DNA of 58,266 nt from a virus (taxonomy: Duplodnaviria > Caudoviricetes), in IMG/VR virus record IMGVR_UViG_3300042924_001589, positions 1-58,266 of that record; one strand, written 5' to 3'. Made by a program: the position numbers and the translations under genes. Below, piece by piece: positions 34,676-44,848 of the stretch (positions within the stretch are counted from its first letter, which is position 1; every line of letters begins with the position of its first letter). The notes beneath the pieces are model-generated. The model worked only from the letters and a program-made list of their open reading frames with translations, searched no databases and was not told where the DNA came from.

Positions 34676-34716
34676 GATTGATTTGGTATAGTGATAGTTC
34701 TCCTTAGATGGTTGAT

Positions 34717-34746
34717 TCCCCACCCGCCTGCGGGGTGGGGTTTTTT
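34717..34746 (+). terminator. Rho-independent terminator
   Basis: CCCCACCCGC...GCGGGGTGGGG followed by TTTTTT. Confidence 0.8.
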
Positions 34747-34761
34747 ATGGGCGGGGGTATC

Positions 34762-34965
34762 ATGGAAACCAACAAGCTGATCGATGAACTTAGGCAGATC
34801 CCACCATGCTTTGTGATGGCATTGGAGGATCGGTACATCGCAATAGGGGAGTTAGCGCATGCAGCGGCGCGAGCTATTGAAGAAATGGAAAAAACAGTTT
34901 GGCTCAACAAGAAAAGGGAAGTTGAGCTTAACCAGCTTTTCGAAGATCTCGCCGGCAGGGGATGA
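34762..34965 (+). CDS. Hypothetical protein
   Basis: ATG at 34762 after GGGGG. Confidence 0.5.
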   Translation: METNKLIDELRQIPPCFVMALEDRYIAIGELAHAAARAIEEMEKTVWLNKKREVELNQLFEDLAGRG

Positions 34966-35021
34966 ACCGCCCCCAGTCTTGGACTTCAGAGCGATCCATG
35001 GCCTGCCTGTAAAAGACACTG

Positions 35022-36086
35022 TTAGGTGCGTGCTTTGCTCTTGCGAGATTTCCGGGCGTCGGAAGACTTCTTTGCTTTGTTCTCATTGCTTCCAGAGGCG
35101 GAGGCGTCGGGAACGACAGTCTTTGAAACGATCATCTGACCCCTGAAGAAAGCGCCGAGGTTGTTCACATGGCAGATCTCGGCATCCACCATCTGTCCCT
35201 TGTAGAAAGACAGCAGGGCAAAGCCTGAGCAAGCGCCGATGGTTAGCCCTTCTCGGTAGGCAAACTGAGGGCCATCAGGATCAGCCAAGTGGCCGCAGTC
35301 GATACCCCAGAGACGGCCATTGGCATTGTCTACAGGGGTGACCTTCAACTGGTGAAGGTGGCCATGCGCGTAACTCAGTCCGTATTTAAGTGCAGAGTTA
35401 TAACCAGAGTGGACACCACCATTGACAGGCCGGTGTCGCATACCCAGTTGGTTATTCACCTTGCTCATGTAGGTGAACTTCCACTGCTTGAAGTAGTCTG
35501 ATATTGAGAACCCTTCTAGTCCCTCATACTGATAAGTGTTCAGGGCTAGGGTTCGATCGAATCTGGCATCATGGTTACCCACATGCCACACCTTCAAGGA
35601 CTCGGGTGAGGCTCTTTCAAAGTCACTCATCCGTTCCCGACAGGCATCCAACTCGTCAATGACCCTTGGTCGATTCTCCCATCCCAAAGGTGGATGTCTT
35701 GAGACTGTGGCTCCATCGAACATATCGCCTAGAGCGGCGATGATGGTGGGGCGTTCCTGTTTGGCAAACTCAACAGCCGCTATGTGGGCAACCGTGGTGA
35801 TACCCGGCCAGTAATGTGCATCTGATATGCAGAGGATCGTGCCGGTGTCGATCGAGAGGGGGATCTCTAGGGGAAACTGCTGCTTGATTACACCCCAGCC
35901 ATATTTCTGGCTGCTGGTAACTTGCTTCTGAACCGTCTTGAGGACAATCCCTTTGTCCGCCAAGTCCCGCCTACGTTTGTAGACTGCCGATTCTGTGAAC
36001 CCTATGATCTTTGACACTATCGTGGGAGAGCATTGCGCTGCATTCCAGATGTCAATGAACTCTTTATCGGTTATCTTCTGAGCCAT
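35022..36086 (-). CDS. Calcineurin-like metallophosphoesterase with an N-terminal HTH-like region
   Basis: SDAH, GD.FD, GNHD and HGHLH motifs. Confidence 0.85.
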   Translation of the reverse strand: MAQKITDKEFIDIWNAAQCSPTIVSKIIGFTESAVYKRRRDLADKGIVLKTVQKQVTSSQKYGWGVIKQQFPLEIPLSIDTGTILCISDAHYWPGITTVAHIAAVEFAKQERPTIIAALGDMFDGATVSRHPPLGWENRPRVIDELDACRERMSDFERASPESLKVWHVGNHDARFDRTLALNTYQYEGLEGFSISDYFKQWKFTYMSKVNNQLGMRHRPVNGGVHSGYNSALKYGLSYAHGHLHQLKVTPVDNANGRLWGIDCGHLADPDGPQFAYREGLTIGACSGFALLSFYKGQMVDAEICHVNNLGAFFRGQMIVSKTVVPDASASGSNENKAKKSSDARKSRKSKART

Positions 36087-36145
36087 GCCATCAATCCAGA
36101 TTGGAGAGGATGGTGGTTTTTATCAGCAATAACAGGAATTTGCAA

Positions 36146-36394
36146 ATGAAAGATAAAGATCAAAAGGGAAAACTTTCGATCGTTAAAAATGATGGCGAGG
36201 TAACGGAGTTACATCCCAGTGCAGACACTGTGCTGAAAGGATTTATTGGGCAGGGGATTAGTCAAGTGCTGGTGATCAGCCTTGATAACGAAGGCACCTT
36301 CCGAACAGGAAGCAACACCTCATCCAAGGGAGAGATGTTGTTCCTGGTCGAGCAGTTTAAGCACTGCCTACTGGAAGGTGAGTTCGATGCTTAG
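36146..36394 (+). CDS. Hypothetical protein
   Basis: ATG at 36146 after AGGA; LFL.E.FK..LL motif. Confidence 0.6.
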   Translation: MKDKDQKGKLSIVKNDGEVTELHPSADTVLKGFIGQGISQVLVISLDNEGTFRTGSNTSSKGEMLFLVEQFKHCLLEGEFDA

Positions 36395-39300
36395 CCGATA
36401 AAGGCGTCGGCTATTGCGGAAGCAGCCCTTGATGGGATGTCACCTCTTTCTCGCATTACCGGAACGATAGTCATGCGCATATCTCGATCAGCATCTAGCT
36501 GTTCTAGGTAATCGCGCTTTACATCGGCAGGCAGATCGCTGCGAATGATGTCCTCGCGAGTCTGTCGATACCGCTTCAGGTAACGCTCTACCGCCAGAAC
36601 TTCACTCTTGATTTCCAGCAATCCCCGGCGAGTATTCGCATAAGCGTAGTACTCGGCTATGTCGCCTCGCTTCTGGATCTTGTTGAGCGTAGCGACCGTC
36701 TTATCAACTTCATCGCGAAGTTCGTAGAACTCCTGCTGTTGCCGGCTGCCTGCCGTGCCAGCGTTGTAGAAGAAGCGGCGAACAACCGGAAGGTTATTCA
36801 CATCGGTGTAGTCAGCGCGAGTGCCTGCGGTCTTATCGCCAGATGCTTCGCGGATAATCTTGTCGGTCGTTAAGAACAGCGACAGGCCAAGTGAACCACC
36901 GTAGCCACCCGCCAGATAGTCGAGCTTCATCGGGCTGATATTCAGCACACTGCCCAACGCCTTGGAGATTTCTGTGGTGCGTTCGTCGTACTGCTCGGCA
37001 GCCTCGGTTCCTTTATCCACCCAGTAAGGCACGATCTCCTTGCCGGTAAAGCTATCTTTGTTGCGCCACACATCCACCAGCGGCTTCACGATCTGGAAGC
37101 CAGTGACGTCGATGTTGGTTGAGTTGTTCACCTGTCGGACAAGACTATCGCGGAACCCGCGAGCATCCATATCCCCGAACATAAAGTTCAGGAAGGTCTC
37201 TGGAACTGCCTTGAAGAGCATGCCGATTTCGAAGGGGATCGGAATCTTCAGCATCACCTTATCGCCAAGGACAGGCGCAGGGATCAGCCAGTTATCATCA
37301 CGAACCTCACGACGGGTCTTCTTGTACTCCTCGTTGTCCTGCATCAGCATGAAGTAGACGCCCGTGGTGGCGGCCAGCATCGCACCGCGCATCAAGGCTC
37401 GCTTCTGCGTGACAGCGCGATCCTCAAGCCCTTCATAGGGTGAGTACTTGCCGCCGAGTGAGCGGTAGATCACATCGAGACCCTGTATACGGGCGTTCAA
37501 GAACGGGACAGAGGCAGTGACCACCTTCCATATGGGGTTGCCACCACGACGGCTGAAGTTGAGGACTTCGATGGCAGCCTGTCTTGCGGCAGCCTCACTG
37601 CCTGTGCGCTTCAGTACAGCGTTGTAGACAGCCATGCGAGTGGCAGCGTCAGAGCGAGTACTCATATCGCCAAGCCAATCCCACACTCGAGTGACCGCGT
37701 TAGTGCTGGTGATCGCATGATTGCGCATGTCGATACCCTGCTTGCGGTACTGCTTCTTGATGTACTGCTTCAGATCCTGCGGATCAGCAGACATATCGTA
37801 GCCACCGACGATACCCGTCTTCAGTAGGGTGTCGATCTCACCCATGCCAAACTGCTTGAAGGTATCGATGACAGGGACATAGCCTGTGCCGCTGGTGACG
37901 AACGACGAGAGGGTATCGCGAAGCATGTTGGCCATCACGAAGCCCGGATCTCTGGTCACCATTTCACGAAGGACGTTGGCGGGCATTGCCAAGATCTTGG
38001 TCATGGTGTTCAGAGTCGGATCACCGTAGTTCATCATCGACTCATGCAGAAGAGGATCGGCGATCTCGTAGTAGACCTCAATGCCATCCTCGTACACGGT
38101 CTTGATGTAGCTGCCACGCTTGCGAAGCTGAGAAGCTTGCTTGGCCGGGTTCGCGCCGGTGATCTTCCTGGCTTCTCCCACGATCTCAGAGTTACGCAGG
38201 ATGCGGCCAGCGGCCACGTTCTTCAGTCCCGCTTGGATAATCCCGAAGGCGTTCTTGGAGATCATCTCAAACGGATCAGCATCCTCTAGATCCTTGGCAT
38301 TCTCAGACAAGGCTCTGGTGAAGAAGTCCACCTTGGTCATCGAGGACTTGCTGCGGAATCCCTGATCCCGCATGACGGCCTCTTCCATTTCTTGATAGAA
38401 CGGGAAGTAGTCGCCCCACTGCTTCCAACGCTCGGCCAGCTCCTCTGTCAGGATGCCGGTGTCACGTCCAAACTGGATCAGGGTTTTGTTCCAGTTCTGA
38501 TATCCGTTGTACGCTTCGGTGACTTGCGGGAAGTTGGTGTCGATCTCCTCGATCAACTGACTGATCTGCGCATCAGATGGGTTGTCCACCAGACGCACAT
38601 TGTTGGCAGCCATGATGATGTCCCGCAGGGCGGCACGACGGGCTTCTGTGGCAGCGTCCTGCGTCTCCTTCGGCATGTTGCTCAGCTCGAACTGAGCCTG
38701 CTTAGCGCGGTTCCTAAAGCCTTGTACGCGCTTCAGAGTGGAGTAGGTCTTGAACTGCCCCATACCGTTAGGTACAGAACCGTTGACCAGTGGGCCGAGG
38801 ATATTCAGCAAGCCCGGTGTGGATTCATCGACATCGATGTAGCCAGCGAGCTTGTCATTCTCAAACGCACTCGGATCGGCAGCAACGATGTTCGCACCCC
38901 TGACCCACTTGACACCGCCGTAGTTGAAGGCAGATGCCAGCCAACCCCTAGCGCGATCAAGCTGACCCAAGGCAGCACTGGCGGAAGTCTCGGCCAACAG
39001 CATCCCTTCGTTCTCAGTGCCGATGAGTTCGGCTTCCTGACGACGGAATTCGTTGTATCGATCGATCACTGCCTTGCGGAATACGCGGGAGAAGTCATCA
39101 AAGGCAGACTTGAATCCGCCTTCCTTCCAACTCTCTAGGATGAAGATCGCCTTCTGGCCGAACGTCATCTCCTCTGGCTTGATCTTGCCGTAGCGACGGA
39201 CATAATCCGCAATGACGTCGTTCTCAATCGGCTCTTCGGCAATCTCATTGAGCATGAACTGCCGTCCCACATCCGGGAACGGTTCTTCCTTGCCATCCTG

Positions 39301-42300
39301 CTCGAACTTAACCGCAGCAGCAATGGCAGCCCTAGGCGCATTCGGATTCACCTTCGGGATGTAACCTTTTGGTGTGTTGCCGACATGGGACTCTAGGTAG
39401 TCATCGACTCGCTTGTTGTCGGCTGTTGATAACGGTATTTCGAGAGCCAGTGTAGAGGCTTCCTCTTCCGAAAACCCTCCGGCATTTCCAACGGCAGACT
39501 TAACTTGTGTGCCTTCATTCCAAGCGTATACGTCTGAGTAATACGAATACTTCCTGCTTGGGTCTGTTGCTAGGTTTGCTCTCGGCCCGTAGTCAATAAC
39601 TTGTTCCGCAACAAGTACTTCTCCAGGGCGTAATCTTTGAGCTTGGCGGTCAAACTCAAACTTATCGAATGTGCGAATCCCGTCATTTCTAACTCTGACA
39701 GGAAACTCAATTAGTTTGTCCGCTTTTACATAAAGCGGAACCGTTGCCCCAGTCGTGCCATCATCTCCTAAGTTAGGCTGGCCATAAGTCGCCGCAACTT
39801 GAGGGGATGTGCTTGCAAATGTGGCGTAACCTTTTCTTGACTTCCCCTCCAAAGCGCCTTCAGGTATTTCAGGGTAGCCAATAGCCCCTCGATAAAGGAC
39901 GAGCGGTCTTCCGTTACTGTCAACAACTTTGCTATTTCCAAACCACTTACGGAAATTGGCAATGCCCTGAGTTGTTGGATAAATCGGTCTGCCTTCGCTG
40001 TTAAGCTCTTGATCTATGCCAACCTCAAGGTCAGCCTCCTTAAACTTAACAGGGCCGCGAGCGACGTCACCCTTGCGGATAGTCTTCTTGACCTTGGAGA
40101 GTTCCTGATCTGCGAAGTTGAGGGTGCGGATAGTGGCATCAGCACTCGGGTTGAACACCGAGAGTCCCGGTGTGCGCTGCCCAATCTCGCCATCTGCAAT
40201 GGCAGAGAAGATCTGATCTGCCGAGGTAGCGCCTGATCCCTTCCACGCTGTGGCAAAGGAGGTGATGAAGTTGAGGATACGCTGGAAGAGCGAGGCGGGT
40301 TTACCAGCGGCAAACTTACCACCATGCTGTCTCCACAGGCGGAAGCTCTCAGCCACTGCCTCCTCGACGAGTTGCATCTCGTTGAGATTCTTACCCGCAT
40401 AACGGATGCGAACCTCATCGAGCATCGTGGTGATCTGTTTGCCCTTGCCGCCAACAGCCATCAGGCTCTTGTCACCAGCCTGATCAAGGAATGCCTTGTC
40501 GATTTTGGCAGTCCTGACGAAGTTGGAGAGGGTGTTCCACTCCTTCTCGGTGAACATATCGGCTTCACGCATGGCGTGAATAACCTCATGGTCAACCGTG
40601 CCGCTGATACGACGCACAATCTCATCAATGGAGATGTTGGGGTCGTTGATCTGATCGCCGACATTCACGGTAATCGTCTTCTTCAGCGGTGAGAAGTAGC
40701 CCACCCGCATCACAATCTGTCCATTAGGCAGCTTGCGAGTCTTAGCAGCGTCGGTCTCAAGCTGATGCTTGACGAACTTAGCAATTCCGTAGCGGTTCAG
40801 CGCATCAGCGATGATCTTGTCGAATGTAGAAGCAGTGCGTTCCTTCTGTGGATCAGTACCCTGCGCTACCGCTGCTGTTTCGCGAGCATCGATCTCAGCC
40901 TTCACTGCCGGTGTCGGGGACTTCGGCTCAACGGTTTGCTGCTGAACCTGCTTCTCAACTTGCTTGACAGATTCGTCTGTGAATCCAGCGCCACGCAGAC
41001 GAGAGGCAGTCTGCTCGACCGTTTCGTTCTGGATAAGGCCGTCAGCCTTGGCAGTTTTATCTGCCTGATAATCCTGCTCAGAGCGGATCAGCTGGATCTT
41101 GCCGGGAGCAACAGGCTTCACTCGACCACTAAAGAGAAGGTCGCTGAACATCTGCTTGGCGGCAGCACCGGATAATCCAGTTTCCTTTTGAATATCCGAA
41201 ACAGAAAGGGCTGCCGTCTTGCCATCCTTCTCTGCCTGACCGAGCTTGCCCAGCACTGCCTCGAATTGCGGCCTTCTGTACTGCCGCTGAAACAGATTTG
41301 GGAACTTGATCGTCTCTGGCATCGCCGGGTTGTTGGCAATGCGAGTCATCAGGTACAGGCGCTGACCATTGGACATATCTGCCCAGTTCTCAGCACCCGT
41401 CCAGTACTTGGCGTAATCCTTAAACGCCTTGTCCTTGATGTCGATCTTGAGATTCTTATCCTTGCCTAGCTTAGTCAGGGCAGAGGATGTAATGGTTCGC
41501 TTGTTGGGGTTGATGCCGACAGGATCAGCCACGTACTTACGCAGCAGATCATTGGTCTCGGTGATCTGGCCGAAACCCTGCATCATCTCATCGAAGTCTT
41601 TCGGCCCGAGTAGCTTCTTGGCTTCTTCAGGTGAATAGAAATCCTTGAGATCCTTGCGCTTGTCTTTCGGTAAGTACGCAGACACCACCGACTTCTGGAT
41701 CAAACGGTTCTTGGGCGAACGCAGTGATGCGGCCAGTCGGTAAGCCGGATTGTTTTTAACAAGACCGGTGTAGTTCAGAACATTCGCCGCAGAGATGGCA
41801 GCGTTCTGGTCATTGATTTGCCGCAAGCTGGCAAAGGCATCATTGACCGTGGAGTACATGCCGCCGTCAACAGGCATTCCTGTAGTGACATCGACTAAGC
41901 CGAAGCTGCCATTCGGAAGCGGCTGAACTTTGATAAACGAATCTTCGTTCGGGGTGGAGAATCGACCACCTTCCAACTCTGCCTGCACTCGATTGGCATC
42001 GATGCTTGGGATGGCAGCATCCTTGGTGACGCTAAAGCTCTGCTTGATGGCAGCAGTGCCGAGGGCGGGAAGATCTCGGGTAAACCCAAAGTCACCTGCC
42101 ACTGCCATCGCCACAGCGTCTTCCACGCTGCGGCCACGCTGCAGTTCCTCAGTGATATCGAAGTAGCCCTCGCTCTCAGGGCTATACACCATGGTCGACA
42201 AGCCACCCTTGCCATCAGGCGAGGTGAACACCGTCGCTCTAGTGAAACGATCTGGGTTGTTCGCCGGTGATACATTGTAGACACCGTCGATTGTGGGCGT

Positions 42301-43410
42301 GGCAGAGGGAGTGGTGGCCGGAGGCGGCAGCATCAGCACACCTTCTGGCGGCTGACCACGCTTGACCATCTCGTCCATGCGCTGCTTACGCAGCTCTTCT
42401 GCCTGCTCGACGTTGTAACGCTCGATGCGTTGCTTACGGAGCTTTTCCTCTTTGTCTCGGTAGAGCTTGTTGGCGACAGTGCGTCGACCACCCATGGCAT
42501 CTACCACGACATCGGCAATCGCACCGACACCACCGCCCACCATCAGATCATCCAGGAAGGAATCACCCACCTCGATGTCGGCATCGTAGGCCACATTGCT
42601 GACGACGTTCTGCGCCATGCCAGCGAAGCCTTCTTGCAGACCTTCTGCAAAGCCTTGCGAGGCAGCACCCTTGGTCAACCGGATGATGTCATCGGAGATG
42701 GTGCCTGACATCGGGTTGCGCTTATCCAAGCGCGAGAAGATATTCAGCAACGCACTGCCCGTCTCTGGCGTGATCTTGCTGAACAATCGATTGATCGGGA
42801 TCATCTCGGTGGCGCCAACACCCGCACCACCTAATAGGCCAACCATCTCTTGGCCGGCAGAAATCTCAGCGCCTAGGTCACGCTCTTGCTGAATGCGCTG
42901 TGCCTGCTCACCCGCACCGCCAGTGACTGCCATGCCAAGACCAGCCGATCGCGCAGCCACGCCTGTGGCGGAGGCTCCAAGGGCTTTAGCAATACCACCC
43001 GGCATGGCGTAAGTGGCAACAGAGCCAAGGCCAGAGCCGAGTTTGCTAGCGAAGAAGTCTTTGTACGGCTCCTCGGGAGCCAACGCACTTTCGTCTTCGA
43101 TGTATTTTTGCGCAGCGGCAAGGTTAGATTCAAATTCGGTATCTACCCCCGGCGTTACCAATCCCACAGCACCTTGCGCCGCTCCAATCAAGGAGCTAGC
43201 GAAGCCACGTGGGATACCCTTGAAGAACTCGGCAGTACCGCCGCCTAGTGTTTGGTATGGATCAAGCAATGACCCATATTCATCTGGGAATCTCTGAGCG
43301 AGATCCAGTGAGATGCGGTACTTATCTTCCTCAGTGACTACATCCGGCAACTCCAAAAAGGAATTGTCCGGAAGAAGGAATCGCTTCTTCGGGGTCGGCG
43401 TAACTGCCAT
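36391..43410 (-). CDS. Giant internal virion / polyvalent protein (HExxH peptidase-like, ART-like and LPD38-like domains)
   Basis: 2339 aa; DHEVIH + EEAVAE; FRKWFGNSKVVD..G.PL.LY.G; C-terminal NFSRRG, PFLNA.IQG, IP.PFE.G and SP...DY...GY.G motifs. Confidence 0.8.
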   Translation of the reverse strand: MAVTPTPKKRFLLPDNSFLELPDVVTEEDKYRISLDLAQRFPDEYGSLLDPYQTLGGGTAEFFKGIPRGFASSLIGAAQGAVGLVTPGVDTEFESNLAAAQKYIEDESALAPEEPYKDFFASKLGSGLGSVATYAMPGGIAKALGASATGVAARSAGLGMAVTGGAGEQAQRIQQERDLGAEISAGQEMVGLLGGAGVGATEMIPINRLFSKITPETGSALLNIFSRLDKRNPMSGTISDDIIRLTKGAASQGFAEGLQEGFAGMAQNVVSNVAYDADIEVGDSFLDDLMVGGGVGAIADVVVDAMGGRRTVANKLYRDKEEKLRKQRIERYNVEQAEELRKQRMDEMVKRGQPPEGVLMLPPPATTPSATPTIDGVYNVSPANNPDRFTRATVFTSPDGKGGLSTMVYSPESEGYFDITEELQRGRSVEDAVAMAVAGDFGFTRDLPALGTAAIKQSFSVTKDAAIPSIDANRVQAELEGGRFSTPNEDSFIKVQPLPNGSFGLVDVTTGMPVDGGMYSTVNDAFASLRQINDQNAAISAANVLNYTGLVKNNPAYRLAASLRSPKNRLIQKSVVSAYLPKDKRKDLKDFYSPEEAKKLLGPKDFDEMMQGFGQITETNDLLRKYVADPVGINPNKRTITSSALTKLGKDKNLKIDIKDKAFKDYAKYWTGAENWADMSNGQRLYLMTRIANNPAMPETIKFPNLFQRQYRRPQFEAVLGKLGQAEKDGKTAALSVSDIQKETGLSGAAAKQMFSDLLFSGRVKPVAPGKIQLIRSEQDYQADKTAKADGLIQNETVEQTASRLRGAGFTDESVKQVEKQVQQQTVEPKSPTPAVKAEIDARETAAVAQGTDPQKERTASTFDKIIADALNRYGIAKFVKHQLETDAAKTRKLPNGQIVMRVGYFSPLKKTITVNVGDQINDPNISIDEIVRRISGTVDHEVIHAMREADMFTEKEWNTLSNFVRTAKIDKAFLDQAGDKSLMAVGGKGKQITTMLDEVRIRYAGKNLNEMQLVEEAVAESFRLWRQHGGKFAAGKPASLFQRILNFITSFATAWKGSGATSADQIFSAIADGEIGQRTPGLSVFNPSADATIRTLNFADQELSKVKKTIRKGDVARGPVKFKEADLEVGIDQELNSEGRPIYPTTQGIANFRKWFGNSKVVDSNGRPLVLYRGAIGYPEIPEGALEGKSRKGYATFASTSPQVAATYGQPNLGDDGTTGATVPLYVKADKLIEFPVRVRNDGIRTFDKFEFDRQAQRLRPGEVLVAEQVIDYGPRANLATDPSRKYSYYSDVYAWNEGTQVKSAVGNAGGFSEEEASTLALEIPLSTADNKRVDDYLESHVGNTPKGYIPKVNPNAPRAAIAAAVKFEQDGKEEPFPDVGRQFMLNEIAEEPIENDVIADYVRRYGKIKPEEMTFGQKAIFILESWKEGGFKSAFDDFSRVFRKAVIDRYNEFRRQEAELIGTENEGMLLAETSASAALGQLDRARGWLASAFNYGGVKWVRGANIVAADPSAFENDKLAGYIDVDESTPGLLNILGPLVNGSVPNGMGQFKTYSTLKRVQGFRNRAKQAQFELSNMPKETQDAATEARRAALRDIIMAANNVRLVDNPSDAQISQLIEEIDTNFPQVTEAYNGYQNWNKTLIQFGRDTGILTEELAERWKQWGDYFPFYQEMEEAVMRDQGFRSKSSMTKVDFFTRALSENAKDLEDADPFEMISKNAFGIIQAGLKNVAAGRILRNSEIVGEARKITGANPAKQASQLRKRGSYIKTVYEDGIEVYYEIADPLLHESMMNYGDPTLNTMTKILAMPANVLREMVTRDPGFVMANMLRDTLSSFVTSGTGYVPVIDTFKQFGMGEIDTLLKTGIVGGYDMSADPQDLKQYIKKQYRKQGIDMRNHAITSTNAVTRVWDWLGDMSTRSDAATRMAVYNAVLKRTGSEAAARQAAIEVLNFSRRGGNPIWKVVTASVPFLNARIQGLDVIYRSLGGKYSPYEGLEDRAVTQKRALMRGAMLAATTGVYFMLMQDNEEYKKTRREVRDDNWLIPAPVLGDKVMLKIPIPFEIGMLFKAVPETFLNFMFGDMDARGFRDSLVRQVNNSTNIDVTGFQIVKPLVDVWRNKDSFTGKEIVPYWVDKGTEAAEQYDERTTEISKALGSVLNISPMKLDYLAGGYGGSLGLSLFLTTDKIIREASGDKTAGTRADYTDVNNLPVVRRFFYNAGTAGSRQQQEFYELRDEVDKTVATLNKIQKRGDIAEYYAYANTRRGLLEIKSEVLAVERYLKRYRQTREDIIRSDLPADVKRDYLEQLDADRDMRMTIVPVMRERGDIPSRAASAIADAFIG

Positions 43411-43426
43411 TTAAAAACTCCCGCAA

Positions 43427-44845
43427 TTATTGTCCGAGGCCAGCAGAGATATCCTGTGCTGTGGCGAACTGGTTCTGACCACCGAATGGTAACGCGCTAG
43501 TGCCTTTGCCGCGATAGTAATCAGCCTGCGCCTTGAGGAGATCTTGGCGGTCTGCCAGCAACTTCTCGTCAAGATCAGCTGCCCTGCGCTGAATCGCCAA
43601 ACGCTCAGCATCATTTTTGGCTGCCGCCGCACGAGTGGCTGCTTCTTCCCTGAGAGCTATCCGACGCATATCCAGTTCGCGAATCTTAAGATCGGTTTCA
43701 ATTTTGAAACGACCCTCGTCCCTAGCAATAGAGGCTAATTCACGAGCCTCAGCGCGAGTTTCTGCTCGCTCCTGACTCCGAAGCCCCATCATCGCCATGC
43801 GGAAGTCCCGCTCCTCTCGCTGCATCTCACGCTCACCGGCCAAACGTTGACGGGTCAAGGCAGCCAATCCCTTGGCGATATCACCACGCTGGGTAGCGCC
43901 ACCGATGATCTCGCCCAACCCAACCAAAGTCTCAGCACGGCTTCGACGCTCAAAGTCCTCCCGATTCGGAGCGAACTTGTACATCTCACCAGCCGCTTCA
44001 AGGTAGTAGGGATCGGTGCGCTTGCCCGTCACCGCCACTTCCTGCAACTGCTCAATGCCAGCGGGAGCGGCAGCACGAGGCGCAGTCGCCCGAGCTACAG
44101 GCGGGGCAGGCGGCGTTTCAGTAACCGTTGAGCCGCCAACCGGAACACCGCGCAGATAGGAACCCTGCGGGGGATTGACGATGCTAGCTAGGTCGACATT
44201 CTCAGCAGGGATTGATGCAATACCAGGAGCCGAGGACGGCGTTGCCACCGGTGCCTCACCGATCGCAGGTACAGGGGTTCCCTTGAGGCGAGCAAGCTCT
44301 GCCCGAAGAGCCGAGGCATCACCACCCGCCTTTTCAATCTGCTCTATCGAGCGAACCAATCCCACCTCTGAGCGACGAAGAGGAATCATGGATGGAACTC
44401 TGGTCAGAAAAGACCCAAATCGGTAGAAAGGGTCGTCCGGGACACCCTTGCCTTCCTGCATCCGCTTGACCTCACCGCCACTAGACATGGCCTGAACCGG
44501 GGCGGCACCCATGATTCCCACAGGCTCAGCAGGGGCTGCAGAATCCATCATGGGGGCAGCCATGTCCATGCCTGCCTCTGGCTGCATCTGGCCCATATCG
44601 GGCTGTAATGCGGCCTCAGGCGCCATCTGGCTAGCAAACTGAGAAGCCTGCTGCATGGCTACCGGGGGAGCCTCTGCTTGGGCTGCCATAGTCTGCTGCT
44701 GCACCCTAGCTCGATCCTGCTGCCTGCGCTGAATCTCCGATGCCACCAAGAACGGGGGGTATCCCCGCATCGGCTGCATCGCTTCCTGCAGGAGGGCTTG
44801 GTCGCTAAAACTCTCCAGATCTTTCTGCTGGTTAATAAGGCTCAT
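43427..44845 (-). CDS. Putative internal virion (ejection) protein
   Basis: 472 aa, Ala/Pro/Gln-rich with a coiled-coil C-terminus; in the injection-protein cluster. Confidence 0.65.
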   Translation of the reverse strand: MSLINQQKDLESFSDQALLQEAMQPMRGYPPFLVASEIQRRQQDRARVQQQTMAAQAEAPPVAMQQASQFASQMAPEAALQPDMGQMQPEAGMDMAAPMMDSAAPAEPVGIMGAAPVQAMSSGGEVKRMQEGKGVPDDPFYRFGSFLTRVPSMIPLRRSEVGLVRSIEQIEKAGGDASALRAELARLKGTPVPAIGEAPVATPSSAPGIASIPAENVDLASIVNPPQGSYLRGVPVGGSTVTETPPAPPVARATAPRAAAPAGIEQLQEVAVTGKRTDPYYLEAAGEMYKFAPNREDFERRSRAETLVGLGEIIGGATQRGDIAKGLAALTRQRLAGEREMQREERDFRMAMMGLRSQERAETRAEARELASIARDEGRFKIETDLKIRELDMRRIALREEAATRAAAAKNDAERLAIQRRAADLDEKLLADRQDLLKAQADYYRGKGTSALPFGGQNQFATAQDISAGLGQ

Positions 44846-44848
44846 GGA

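Noticed and set aside
36391-43410. Stop-codon reassignment, intein or virion RNA polymerase in the giant ORF
   Set aside because: Genes are intact in the standard code with all three stops in use; no intein splice motifs or RNA polymerase catalytic motif recognised.
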